DNA of 62,868 nucleotides, filler included, from Chiloscyllium plagiosum (lineage: Eukaryota), in assembly GCF_004010195.1 (NCBI RefSeq). It is 6 parts of one record of this genome, joined end to end, with 100 filler letters (N's around TTAATTAATTAA, not from the genome) between each part and the next. Parts side by side here need not be neighbours in the genome. Positions count along the whole stretch, not along the records: positions 59,721 to 62,868 come from NC_057717.1; 5 more parts are not named here. The stretch is one strand, 5' to 3'. A model generated the notes under the pieces. It had not been told where the DNA came from. It searched no databases and saw only the letters and a list, made by a program, of their open reading frames with translations. This document shows positions 62,791 to 62,868 of this stretch, in pieces. Position numbers and translations under genes: made by a program. The stretch's first letter is position 1. Every line of letters starts with the position of its first letter.

Positions 62791-62868
62791 GCTGAAGGAT
62801 TTTCACAGGTTTGGAGAGTGATTAAAGAAGTGGCAGATGGAGTACAATGTGGAAATGTGTGGGATAGC

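Overview
Non-bacterial, repeat-dense vertebrate DNA, most likely from a cartilaginous fish (shark-type CR1 LINEs, Penelope elements and ERVs; this is inferred from sequence recognition). The window is six contigs joined by artificial 100-bp spacers (44N-TTAATTAATTAA-44N), so neighbouring contigs may not be adjacent in the genome. Main contents: (1) a decayed two-LTR HERV-I/IP-like class I provirus (4053-12864) with a tRNA-Pro-like PBS, gag/pro/RNaseH/IN/env remnants and the RT core deleted. (2) A second, fish epsilon-like provirus remnant (52547-57551) with an in-frame UGA at the gag-pro junction and a decayed 2H-phosphoesterase-like domain between PR and RT. (3) The first coding exon and a candidate promoter of a GPR139/GPR142-like GPCR (minus strand, 29401-29617), whose upstream region is duplicated at the window start. 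(4) Many CR1, Rex1/Babar and other LINE fragments. (5) Penelope fragments carrying minimal hammerhead-ribozyme motifs. (6) An orphan CpG-island promoter and a pair of duplicated exon-like units. No intact long protein-coding gene, tRNA, rRNA or CRISPR array is evident. Coordinates of decayed repeats are approximate.
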